DNA from: a virus
Lineage: Duplodnaviria > Caudoviricetes
Virus record (IMG/VR): IMGVR_UViG_3300031160_000003
Span: 1-41,371 of that record
DNA length: 41,371 nucleotides
Strand: one strand, 5' to 3'
Under the pieces are notes generated by a model. The model was given only the letters and a program-made list of their open reading frames with translations. It did not search any database and was not told the origin of the DNA. Of this stretch, positions 1 to 7,997 are shown piece by piece. Position 1 is the stretch's first letter. Each line of letters starts with the position of its first letter. The translations under genes were made by a program, and so were the position numbers.

Positions 1-127
1 AGGGAGTATCCCATGAGCCACACACCGCCGGTCGACCCGTCGCCGGCAGCCGCCGCCGCCGAGGTGCCGCCCGAGCTGGCACCCCGGCCCATGACCGGCC
101 CGGAGGCGCTCGACGCCGCCGCCGCGG
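1..127. repeat. Direct terminal repeat copy 1 (circular assembly overlap)
   Basis: Bases 1-127 are identical to 41245-41371; 127 is a common de Bruijn k-mer size. Confidence 0.95.
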
Positions 128-366
128 CCGGCCCTGACGCCTTCGCCCGCGCCCTCAACGGCGTGATCGGCGCCCTCGAGGACGCCGCCCGCCACTACCG
201 CGAGCGGCAGGCCGAACTGCCCTGCGACGAGCACCAGGTCACGTTCAACGGCTTCGCCGACGGCTCGGTCGAGTGGACGTGCCGCTGCGGCGCCGGTGAG
301 GTGGCGGTCAGCCCGGCCGCCGCCGAGGCTGAGGCCGACGCGCACACGGGGGAGGTGCCGGCGTGA
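13..366 (+). CDS. Hypothetical phage protein
   Basis: RBS AGGGAG before ATG; GTGA overlap with next gene; WTCRCG motif. Confidence 0.75.
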   Translation: MSHTPPVDPSPAAAAAEVPPELAPRPMTGPEALDAAAAAGPDAFARALNGVIGALEDAARHYRERQAELPCDEHQVTFNGFADGSVEWTCRCGAGEVAVSPAAAEAEADAHTGEVPA

Positions 367-1109
367 GCAAGTACGAGCTGACAGACATCGTCCACCCGGG
401 CGATCAGCGGCTGCGGCGCATCCGCGCGCTGCGGGACATCCCCGGGGTGGTTGAGGCCGGGGAGCTGGGCGGCTGGGTCCTGGGTGAGCACAGCCTCGCC
501 CAGGACGGCGACTGCTGGATCGGTGACGAGGCGATCGTTACCGACCGCGCCTGGGTGTGCGGCGACGCCCGGGTGTGCGACCGCGCCTGGGTGTGCGGCG
601 ACGCCCGGGTGTGCGACCGCGCCTGGGTGTGCGGCGACGCCCGGGTGTGCGACCGCGCCTGGGTGTGCGGCGACGCCTGGGTGGTCGGCGACGCCCGGGT
701 GGTCGGCCACGCCTGGGTGGGCGGCCACGCCTGGGTGGGCGGCCGCGCCTGGGTGGGCGGCCGCGCCCGGGTGGTCGGCCACGCCCGGGTGGTCGGCGAC
801 GCCCGGGTGGTCGGCCACGCCCGGGTGGTCGGCCACGCCTGGGTGGGCGGCCACGCCGACATCTCACGGCCAGAGCATGTGCTCTGCCTGGTCCCGGCCG
901 GCCCGTACGCGTCGGCCACCCTGCACCGGACGGTCGGCGGCGGCCACGAGATCGTCATCGGCTGCCAGCGGCTCACCGCCGACCAGCTGGTCGCCGTCGC
1001 CGAGAAGGAGCATCCCGACGACCCGGCCATCGCGGCGATGGCCGGCGCCTTCGCCGGCCTGTGCGAGACGGTCATCGCGTCATGGTCCACAGTGGAGGTG
1101 GCGGCATGA
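363..1109 (+). CDS. Hexapeptide-repeat (left-handed beta-helix-like) protein
   Basis: N-terminal KYELT..LRRIRALRD..GELGGWV..SLAQDGDCWI followed by about 17 A(R/W)V(C/V/G)(G/D)x repeats. Confidence 0.85.
   Translation: MSKYELTDIVHPGDQRLRRIRALRDIPGVVEAGELGGWVLGEHSLAQDGDCWIGDEAIVTDRAWVCGDARVCDRAWVCGDARVCDRAWVCGDARVCDRAWVCGDAWVVGDARVVGHAWVGGHAWVGGRAWVGGRARVVGHARVVGDARVVGHARVVGHAWVGGHADISRPEHVLCLVPAGPYASATLHRTVGGGHEIVIGCQRLTADQLVAVAEKEHPDDPAIAAMAGAFAGLCETVIASWSTVEVAA
543..857 (+). repeat. 18/36-bp coding tandem repeat array
   Basis: 36-bp unit gcctgggtgtgcggcgacgcccgggtgtgcgaccgc exact at 549, 585 and 621, then degenerate 18-bp units. Confidence 0.95.
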
Positions 1110-1483
1110 GCGGCCAGCAGTTCCAGGCCGGCGACCTGGTCAGCGTCACCATGACCGGCGTCCACATCCACTCCACCGCACTCGGCAGGCTCGTGCTCCG
1201 CCTGCCGTCCGGCACACTGGTCACGCTGCCGCCGGAAGAGCCCGGTGTCCACATCAGACTCGCCGGGGACCTCGGCACCCCCGGCGACGGCGGAACCGCC
1301 GAGGGGGGTCTCGTTCCGCCGGCCCGGCCCACCACCACAGCCTCCCCAGTGGACGGTGGGCCGGGCACCCCGACCTGGATGACCAACCCGGCACCGCCCA
1401 CCGGGCCGCTGGTGCAGCCACCACCGATGCCGCTGGTGGCCACGGGCGTCGCCGACTACGCCCGCATCGGGAGGCGGTCATGA
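1106..1483 (+). CDS. Hypothetical protein, Pro-rich C-terminus
   Basis: RBS GGAGG; ATGA overlaps on both sides; MSGQQFQAGDLVSV. Confidence 0.7.
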   Translation: MSGQQFQAGDLVSVTMTGVHIHSTALGRLVLRLPSGTLVTLPPEEPGVHIRLAGDLGTPGDGGTAEGGLVPPARPTTTASPVDGGPGTPTWMTNPAPPTGPLVQPPPMPLVATGVADYARIGRRS

Positions 1484-1800
1484 GCCTCGACTTGGACGCC
1501 ATCAAGGCCCGCGCCGAGGCGGCTATCGACGGCCCGTGGATCGCCGACGACGTGTACGTCACGACCGAGAGCGGTGACCTGCTCTCCGACGCGCCGGACG
1601 CCGCCGCCACGGCGGTGTTCATCGCCCACGCCCGCGAGGATGTGCCGGCGCTGGTGGCCGAGGTGGAGCGGCTGCGCCAGCACGCCCACATGGTCCGGCA
1701 GCTGCACCAGCAATCCACCCTCACACAGTCGCCCTACTGCGCCGGCTGCGGCGACGCCTGGCCCTGCATGACCATCCGACTCCTGGACGGTGAGCCATGA
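1480..1800 (+). CDS. Ead/Ea22-like protein
   Basis: MSLDLDAIKARAEAAIDGPW...FIAHAREDVPALVAEVERLR signature; C-terminal CAGCGDAWPC. Confidence 0.75.
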   Translation: MSLDLDAIKARAEAAIDGPWIADDVYVTTESGDLLSDAPDAAATAVFIAHAREDVPALVAEVERLRQHAHMVRQLHQQSTLTQSPYCAGCGDAWPCMTIRLLDGEP

Positions 1801-1997
1801 GCCGTATCCGCCGCTGGCTGCGCCGCCGCGTCTACCGCGGCCAACACAGAGTCGCCTGGGGACAGCAGTCAACCGCCCAGTCGGTGGCCGCATTCCACGC
1901 CGCCCGGCAGCTCAGGTCACTAGAGGCGGCCCGGGCCACGCCGCTGGAGGACCTCATGGACACCGTGCAGGTGCCGGTCGTCGAGGTGGTGGCGTGA
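1797..1997 (+). CDS. Hypothetical protein
   Basis: Translationally coupled (ATGA/TGATG) within operon. Confidence 0.55.
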   Translation: MSRIRRWLRRRVYRGQHRVAWGQQSTAQSVAAFHAARQLRSLEAARATPLEDLMDTVQVPVVEVVA

Positions 1998-2191
1998 TGG
2001 ACACCTGGATGTGGGTCGGCGTCGGATACGCCATCACCGGCCCGCTGTCCCTCGGACTCCTGTGGGCGGCCGGCCACTGCCACCGACGGCGCTGCGACTG
2101 CCCGGACTGCCACGACAAGTTCGTCCAGCGGATGCGCGACATCGCCGCCCGGCAGGCCGCCGAACTCGACCGCAAGGAGGCCCGGCGGTGA
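1997..2191 (+). CDS. Small membrane protein with CxCxxC motif
   Basis: MDTWMWVGVGYAITGPLSLGLLW hydrophobic segment; coupled start and stop. Confidence 0.6.
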   Translation: MDTWMWVGVGYAITGPLSLGLLWAAGHCHRRRCDCPDCHDKFVQRMRDIAARQAAELDRKEARR

Positions 2192-2820
2192 GGCCACGAC
2201 TGCTCGACCTGTTCTGCGGCGCCGGCGGGGCGGCACGCGGCTACCAGTTGGCCGGGTTCCACGTCATCGGTGTGGACATCGCGCCGCAGCCGAACTACGC
2301 CGGCGACGAGTTCATACGGGCCAACGCGCTGGACGTGCTCGCCGACACGCGGTTCGTGTCCGGCTTCCAGGCTGTGCACGCGTCCCCGACCTGCCAGACC
2401 CGCAGCCGCGCCACCGCCTGGCGGGGGCGCAGGGAGAACCATCCGGACCTGCTCACACCCACCCTGCGGCTGCTGTCGCGGCTGCCGGCGCCGTGGGTGG
2501 TGGAGAACGTCCCCGAGGCCGCATGGGACGGCACGATGCGCGCCGACTGGCTACTGTGCGGCACACAGTTCGGCCTACCCATCCGCCGGCACCGGGTGTT
2601 CCAGGCCGGCGGTTGGGCATCGTTCCAGCTGCTTCCGCCGTGCACCTGCTACCGCAATCCGCAGCTGCTGCGGTTCGTCCACAAGAGTGAGCGCGCCTAC
2701 GCCGATGCGATGGGCTGCACGTGGATGAGCAAGTTCGAGGCCCGGCAGGCCATCCCACCGGCCTACACCCGGTTCATCGGCGAGCAGCTGCTCGCCCACC
2801 TCGAGGCGGTGGTCGCATGA
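2188..2820 (+). CDS. DNA cytosine-5 methyltransferase (short phage type)
   Basis: LLDLFCGAGG (motif I), HASPTCQ (IV), VVENV (VI), RHRVF (VIII), QAIPPAYT (X). Confidence 0.85.
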   Translation: MRPRLLDLFCGAGGAARGYQLAGFHVIGVDIAPQPNYAGDEFIRANALDVLADTRFVSGFQAVHASPTCQTRSRATAWRGRRENHPDLLTPTLRLLSRLPAPWVVENVPEAAWDGTMRADWLLCGTQFGLPIRRHRVFQAGGWASFQLLPPCTCYRNPQLLRFVHKSERAYADAMGCTWMSKFEARQAIPPAYTRFIGEQLLAHLEAVVA

Positions 2821-3860
2821 GTCCTGTCCAGCTGCTGCCGCCCGGCGTCGGCCCCGACGACCCACAGTGGCACGCCGTGCGCCGGCAGGGCATCGGCGCC
2901 TCCGAAATCGCCGCCGCCATGGGACTGTCGCCGTGGGAGTCGCCTTTCTCCTTGTGGGCGCGCAAGCGGGGCGGCTGGGATGTGGAGCCGACGGAGGAGA
3001 TGTCCACCGGCACCAGGGTGGAGCCCGTCGTCGCCGACTGGTGGGCAGACCAGCACCGCAACGGGCCCATCGACGTCACCACCGCCGGCGTGTACGCCGA
3101 CGAGCAGCAGCCGTGGCGCATCGCCTCCCCAGACCGGCTCATCCTCGGCCCCTGCCCCCGCTGCGCCGGGCACGGCGTCGTCGACTCCAGCCTCGGCGCA
3201 TGCCCCGCCTGCCGCGGCGGCTACTTCGGTCAGCCTGTGGCCGTGTTGGAGTGCAAGTGGACGGCCCGGTGGGACGGCTGGGGCGAGCCCGGCACCGACC
3301 AGATCCCCGTCTACTACCGCACACAGGTCCTGTGGCAGTGCGACGTCATGGGCGTCGACCGCTGGCACCTTGCCGTCCTCGGCCCCGGCGGATTCCGCCA
3401 CTACACCGGCGTCATCGACCAGCAGGCCCGCGACGACTTGGACGCCATGGTCGCCGCCGGCGCCGACATGATGCGCCGCATCGCCGACGACGACCCACCC
3501 GACGTCGACGCACACCCCGCAACCCTCGCCGCGCTCAAGCAGCTCCACCCGTCGGTGCAGGACCGGGAGGTGGAGATCCCCGCCGACCTGGCCGCCGAAT
3601 GGGAGGCCGCCCGCAAGGCAGAGCGCGACGCCAAAGCCCGCAAGGACAAGGCCGCCAACCGCCTGCGTGAACTGCTCGGCGCTGCGGCGCGGGGCGTCTG
3701 CGACGGCCGCAAAGTCGTCACCCGCTCCGTCTACGAGCAGCGGCACGTCGACCTCGACGCCATGCGCGCCGAGATGCCCGACCTCGTCGACCGCCACACC
3801 ACCTGGACGACCGTCGACAAGCTCATCCCCGCACCCAGCCGGAAGAAGGACACACCGTGA
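2817..3860 (+). CDS. YqaJ-like (RecE/lambda exonuclease-type) exonuclease
   Basis: WHAVRRQGIGASEIAA..GLSPW, ASPDR, LECK, QVLWQ motifs; adjacent to RecT. Confidence 0.9.
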   Translation: MSPVQLLPPGVGPDDPQWHAVRRQGIGASEIAAAMGLSPWESPFSLWARKRGGWDVEPTEEMSTGTRVEPVVADWWADQHRNGPIDVTTAGVYADEQQPWRIASPDRLILGPCPRCAGHGVVDSSLGACPACRGGYFGQPVAVLECKWTARWDGWGEPGTDQIPVYYRTQVLWQCDVMGVDRWHLAVLGPGGFRHYTGVIDQQARDDLDAMVAAGADMMRRIADDDPPDVDAHPATLAALKQLHPSVQDREVEIPADLAAEWEAARKAERDAKARKDKAANRLRELLGAAARGVCDGRKVVTRSVYEQRHVDLDAMRAEMPDLVDRHTTWTTVDKLIPAPSRKKDTP

Positions 3861-4711
3861 CCCAGACCGTAAGCTCCGCGTTGGCCCAGCGCCGCAACAC
3901 CCCCGGCGAACTGATCCGCCAATACGCCAACCACTTCGCCACCGTCCTCCCCAGCCACATCCGCCCCGACACGTGGGTCCGCGTCGCCCAAGGCGCACTC
4001 AAGAAGGGCAAGCGGCAAGGCGACCTGTTCGAACTCGAAGCCGCCGCCATGAACAACCCCGGCGCCTTCCTCGCCGCCCTCCTCGACGCCGCACGGCTCG
4101 GCCTCGAACCCGGCACAGAGCAGTACTACCTCACCCCCCGCAAGGTCAAAGGCCGCTCCGAAATCCTCGGCATCGTCGGCTACCAGGGCCATATCGAACT
4201 CATGTACCGGGCCGGCGCCGTCGCCTCCGTCGTCGCCGAAGTCGTCCGCCGCGCCGACCAGTTCTCCTACCGTCCCGGCGCGGACGAGGTGCCGCAGCAC
4301 GTCATCGACTGGGACGCAGACGACCGCGGCCCCCTGCGGCTCGTCTACGCCTACGCCCGCATGAAGGACGGCGCCACATCGAAGGTGGTCGTCCTGAACC
4401 GGGCCGATATCGACCGCATCAAGAAGTCGTCGCAGGGCGCCGACTCCGACTACTCGCCGTGGAAGGTCCACGAGGAGGCCATGTGGCTGAAGTCGGCGGT
4501 GCGGCAGCTGCAGAAGTGGGTGCCCACGTCGGCCGAGTACCGGCGGGAGCAGCTACGCGCCGCCGCCGAGGCGCAGCGCGTCGCCACCTCATCCGACGTG
4601 CCGGTGGAGGTGCCGGTCGGCGACTACCTCGAGGGGGAGCTGGCCGATGAGCCGGCGGATGCGTGGTCGGATGTGGAGGTCGCCCAGCCACCCCTGGCAG
4701 GTGACCAGTGA
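3857..4711 (+). CDS. recT: RecT single-strand annealing protein
   Basis: AARLGLEPG..YYLTP, IVGYQGHIELMYR, SPWK..EEAMWLKSAVRQL. Confidence 0.92.
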   Translation: MTQTVSSALAQRRNTPGELIRQYANHFATVLPSHIRPDTWVRVAQGALKKGKRQGDLFELEAAAMNNPGAFLAALLDAARLGLEPGTEQYYLTPRKVKGRSEILGIVGYQGHIELMYRAGAVASVVAEVVRRADQFSYRPGADEVPQHVIDWDADDRGPLRLVYAYARMKDGATSKVVVLNRADIDRIKKSSQGADSDYSPWKVHEEAMWLKSAVRQLQKWVPTSAEYRREQLRAAAEAQRVATSSDVPVEVPVGDYLEGELADEPADAWSDVEVAQPPLAGDQ

Positions 4712-5235
4712 AGCGCCGCCCCCGCGACATCGGCACCGCCGCCGAACGCGCCGTCGTCAACGCCATCCGCGCCCGCGGCTTCCCCCACGCCGAACGCCGC
4801 GCCCTCCGCGGCCCGCAAGACGCCGGAGACATCACCGGCACACCCGGCGTGTGCTGGTCCGTTAAAGGCGGCGACGCCGCACGCGCCGCATCCGACGGAC
4901 AGGTCACCCTCTGGATGCGGGACCTCGACGACCAGATGGTGAATGCCGGCGCCGACGTGGGTGTGCTCGTCATCCAACGCGCCGGCATCGGCGAAGCCAA
5001 CGCCCACAGGTGGTGGGCCATCATCCGCGGACACGCCTTCGCCGACCTGGCCAACCGCAACGACCCGTGCTGTGCGCAGGGACTGCGGGCTGCCCGGCGC
5101 TGGTGGCCAGTCCGGATGCTGCTCGGCGACATGTGCGAGCTGCTGCGGCTCGCCGGCTACGGCACCCTGTTGGACTCCGCGCCGGCCGCCGAGACACCGA
5201 CTCCGGCGGCCGGCGCGGCCGGAGGAGCGGCATGA
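4708..5235 (+). CDS. Holliday junction resolvase (Hjc/PD-(D/E)xK-like)
   Basis: GTAAERAVV..GFPHAERRALRG..DAGDITG..WSVK. Confidence 0.75.
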   Translation: MKRRPRDIGTAAERAVVNAIRARGFPHAERRALRGPQDAGDITGTPGVCWSVKGGDAARAASDGQVTLWMRDLDDQMVNAGADVGVLVIQRAGIGEANAHRWWAIIRGHAFADLANRNDPCCAQGLRAARRWWPVRMLLGDMCELLRLAGYGTLLDSAPAAETPTPAAGAAGGAA

Positions 5236-5582
5236 CCGACTGCATCTTCTGCGCCATCGTCGCCGGCACAGCCCCGGCCGTCCTTGTGCACAAGTGGGAC
5301 GACGCGGTTGCCATCCTGCCCCTGAACCCAGTCACCTCCGGGCACACCCTCGTCATCCCGACTGTGCACGTCGCCGACTGGACGGTGGACCCGAAGGTCA
5401 CCGGCATGGTGGCCGCCCGGGCGGCGGAGATCGCACCGGCCGGCGCGTCCAACCTGATCACGTCGGCAGGCTGGGCCGCCACCCAGACGGTGCGGCACCT
5501 GCACTTTCACATCGTGCCCCGGCGCGCCGGCGACCGGCTTCCGCTGCCATGGACACCACAACAGGCAGGAGGCCAGCCATGA
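5232..5582 (+). CDS. HIT family nucleotide hydrolase
   Basis: DCIFCAIV, GHTLVIP, QTVRHLHFHIVPR histidine triad. Confidence 0.92.
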   Translation: MTDCIFCAIVAGTAPAVLVHKWDDAVAILPLNPVTSGHTLVIPTVHVADWTVDPKVTGMVAARAAEIAPAGASNLITSAGWAATQTVRHLHFHIVPRRAGDRLPLPWTPQQAGGQP

Positions 5583-5761
5583 CCGAGCCGACCATGCGTG
5601 AAGTCGTCGCCACCCTCGCCGACCTCATCGACCCACAAGACTGGGCACTCGTCGTCTGCATCGCCGCCAACGGCCGCACCGAAGTCCACGGCCGCCGCGA
5701 CCACAAGGCCGCGCAGGCGCTACGCATGCTCGCCGACCGCATCGAAGGGCGGCAGCAGTGA
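5579..5761 (+). CDS. Hypothetical protein
   Basis: RBS AGGAGG; coupled to neighbours. Confidence 0.6.
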   Translation: MTEPTMREVVATLADLIDPQDWALVVCIAANGRTEVHGRRDHKAAQALRMLADRIEGRQQ

Positions 5762-5949
5762 GCGAGTTCTGGCTCGGCACCGCCTGCGACCACCTATACG
5801 CTGGCTGCCCCATCCTGGCCAGGTCACTGCCCATACTCCGCCGCTACCGCCTGGACCGCAAAGGCGCAGGCGCCGTCGACCCGGCCGGCCCCGGCATCTG
5901 CGGCTGGTGCCGCCGCGTCTGGGCCGCACGGCGGAAGGAGACACGCTGA
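5758..5949 (+). CDS. Small Cys-containing hypothetical protein
   Basis: GTGA coupling; HLYAGC and CGWC motifs. Confidence 0.6.
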   Translation: MSEFWLGTACDHLYAGCPILARSLPILRRYRLDRKGAGAVDPAGPGICGWCRRVWAARRKETR

Positions 5950-6668
5950 TGACCCGCATGCACCTGGCCTCACGGCAGGGCGCCCGCCGCCGCATCGCCC
6001 CCGACCCCGGCGACGACTGGCGGCTACACGCCTACTGCCGCACCGGACCCGACCCGGCCGACACCTGGTTCACCGAGCATCTGTTCGGTCACGCACTACA
6101 TCTGTGCAACAGCCACTGCCCGGTCCAAGACCAGTGCTGGCCGTGGGCCCGGCGACAGAAGTGGCACGACGGCTGCGTCGTCGGCGGCCGACTCCACACC
6201 CGCCGCCGCGGCTGGATACCACCCAACTCCCGGTGGGCACCCAAACCCACCACCCGCTACTGCGCTGAATGCCGCAGCAAGCCGCAACCCACATCGGAGA
6301 CCACCATGACCGACGTTGAGGAGCTGGAACAGGTCGCCCAGGAGCTGATGCTGCGGGTCCGCGACTACGACCCGGAGGACAACCAGCGCTGGCTCACGTT
6401 CAGGTTGCCTGACCCGGCGGACTGGTTCCGCCTGTGCTTCGTCCTGGCCTGCGCGGTGCCGGACGACCGGACGTGGCGGGAGCTGACCGCGTGGGCTGAT
6501 GGTCCGCCCGTGCCAGCCACCGCCGAGGTGCAGGCGCTGCAGCCGTGCGGCACCCGGGCCGCGTACAGGCGGCACCTGGCACACGGTGAGGTGCCCTGCG
6601 GGCCTTGTGAGGAGGCGAATAGGTCGTATGAGTTGGACCGCCGGCGCGCCAAGAAAGGCGCGGCATGA
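5949..6668 (+). CDS. whiB: WhiB-family transcription factor fused to a C-terminal CGT-AAYRRH Zn-binding-like domain
   Basis: WRLHAYC..DTWF..ALHLC..CPVQDQC..GCVVGG; C-terminal PCGTRAAYRRHLAHGEVPCGPC; RBS AAGGAG. Confidence 0.75.
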   Translation: MTRMHLASRQGARRRIAPDPGDDWRLHAYCRTGPDPADTWFTEHLFGHALHLCNSHCPVQDQCWPWARRQKWHDGCVVGGRLHTRRRGWIPPNSRWAPKPTTRYCAECRSKPQPTSETTMTDVEELEQVAQELMLRVRDYDPEDNQRWLTFRLPDPADWFRLCFVLACAVPDDRTWRELTAWADGPPVPATAEVQALQPCGTRAAYRRHLAHGEVPCGPCEEANRSYELDRRRAKKGAA

Positions 6669-6901
6669 CCGCCGTAGCTGGCCGGTGGCTCATCGCCCGC
6701 ACCCTCATCGGCGCACGGTACCCGTGCCGCTGCCGCATGGACGGCCAATGCCGCGGCCCCCACAACACGGCACACAAGGCCTACTGGTGTCCGTGCTGGG
6801 GCAGGCCTGATGCGGCCCGTATGCATGGCCGCTGCTGCGCCCGGCGCGCACACGACACAGAGCAGCGTCAGTCCACAGTGACAGGTGAGGAGAGCGAGTG
6901 A
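6665..6901 (+). CDS. Small Cys-rich hypothetical protein
   Basis: Coupled; CRC, CPCWGR and CC motifs. Confidence 0.55.
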   Translation: MTAVAGRWLIARTLIGARYPCRCRMDGQCRGPHNTAHKAYWCPCWGRPDAARMHGRCCARRAHDTEQRQSTVTGEESE

Positions 6902-7731
6902 GCGTGGGACATAGCCGGCGCACGCCGGCCAAGCACAAGCTGATGAGCAGCATCATCGGCCGCGAGGTCGGTGCCGCGAGCAAGAACCCCGCCATCGACC
7001 GGCACGTCTGGAAAGACCTCTGCGCTGGCGACGGGATTCCCGTCGATGGACGTGGCTGGTGTGAAGGATGCTCGCCGGGCATCTTCGCTTACCACGCCAC
7101 CCACGCCAAGAAGCCGGTCGACCTTGAGCTTTACGAAATCAAGCCAGCAACGTATGACCGGCTCATAGAATCGCTTAAGCTTCGCCTTCCCGAGCTTGGA
7201 TATGAGAACAAGGGTGACTGCTGGCAGTTTCGTGACATGGTCACACTGCGCACCTTCAACGCCAGCGGTTCTGATGCCGGTGTTGATGACATCGGCCGAC
7301 GCGATGCGGTACTTATCAGCAATGACCCGAACGCCATAACAGATTGGGCGATGCGGCCAACCTTCGCAGCCGAGATCGAGGCCCGTACACCGTGGTTCCG
7401 CAGCATCTCAACGATGGGATGCAATGCAGCTGGCCTCAAGCGGCTATCACTCGAAGAGAGGATGGGCTGGTTCCGTCTAATCGAGCAACAAGAGTCAGCA
7501 CTACCACGGCACCGGGACCTGCTGCTCGCTGCAATCGACGGGGACGCATCGCAGTGGGCGTATCTGCTCAACGACCCGGTGAAGTGGAGGGGAACGCAGG
7601 AGAAGGTCGCGGTCTCAGCGTTCGCGAGGTACGCCTACAGGCTTGAGACGGCATGGTACGGGACCCAGCGGGCTGCATATGAGCAGATGAAGCGGCGGCT
7701 GTTCCTGACGAAGACGGAGCTGGAATGGTGA
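6898..7731 (+). CDS. TcmP-like (three-Cys-motif partner) SAM-binding protein, divergent
   Basis: TPAKHKL, DLCAGDG (class I SAM motif), CSP, LYEIK, NDPN pattern; upstream of a DUF5131 gene; visibly more AT-rich codons. Confidence 0.65.
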   Translation: MSVGHSRRTPAKHKLMSSIIGREVGAASKNPAIDRHVWKDLCAGDGIPVDGRGWCEGCSPGIFAYHATHAKKPVDLELYEIKPATYDRLIESLKLRLPELGYENKGDCWQFRDMVTLRTFNASGSDAGVDDIGRRDAVLISNDPNAITDWAMRPTFAAEIEARTPWFRSISTMGCNAAGLKRLSLEERMGWFRLIEQQESALPRHRDLLLAAIDGDASQWAYLLNDPVKWRGTQEKVAVSAFARYAYRLETAWYGTQRAAYEQMKRRLFLTKTELEW

Positions 7732-7997
7732 AGCCGGATCGCAGGCACTACCGCCCGCCGGCTCCGGGCGACAGTCCTTATCGGACATATGCTGAGTACC
7801 TGCGGCATCCACGGTTCCTCGAAGTGCGGGCCAGGGTGTTCGAGCGGGCCGGCGGGTTGTGCGAGCGGTGCCGGACTCGGCCGCCTACCGAGCCGCACCA
7901 TCTGCGCTACCCGCCATGGGGCGCGTTCGACGTCCCGGAGAACATGATCGCCGTCTGCCATAGCTGCCACTGTGAGATGCATGGGAGGTCGACGTGA
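7725..7997 (+). CDS. HNH endonuclease
   Basis: YAEYLRHPRF..RAGGLCERC..HHLRY..ENMIAVCHSCH. Confidence 0.85.
   Translation: MVKPDRRHYRPPAPGDSPYRTYAEYLRHPRFLEVRARVFERAGGLCERCRTRPPTEPHHLRYPPWGAFDVPENMIAVCHSCHCEMHGRST

Noticed and set aside
1-127. Biological terminal repeat
   Set aside because: Length equals a standard assembler k-mer, it cuts through a gene, and HNH-terS layout suggests cos ends near 13.4 kb
543-857. 36-bp repeats as a CRISPR array
   Set aside because: Units are contiguous with no unique spacers, are in frame within a protein, and no cas genes are present
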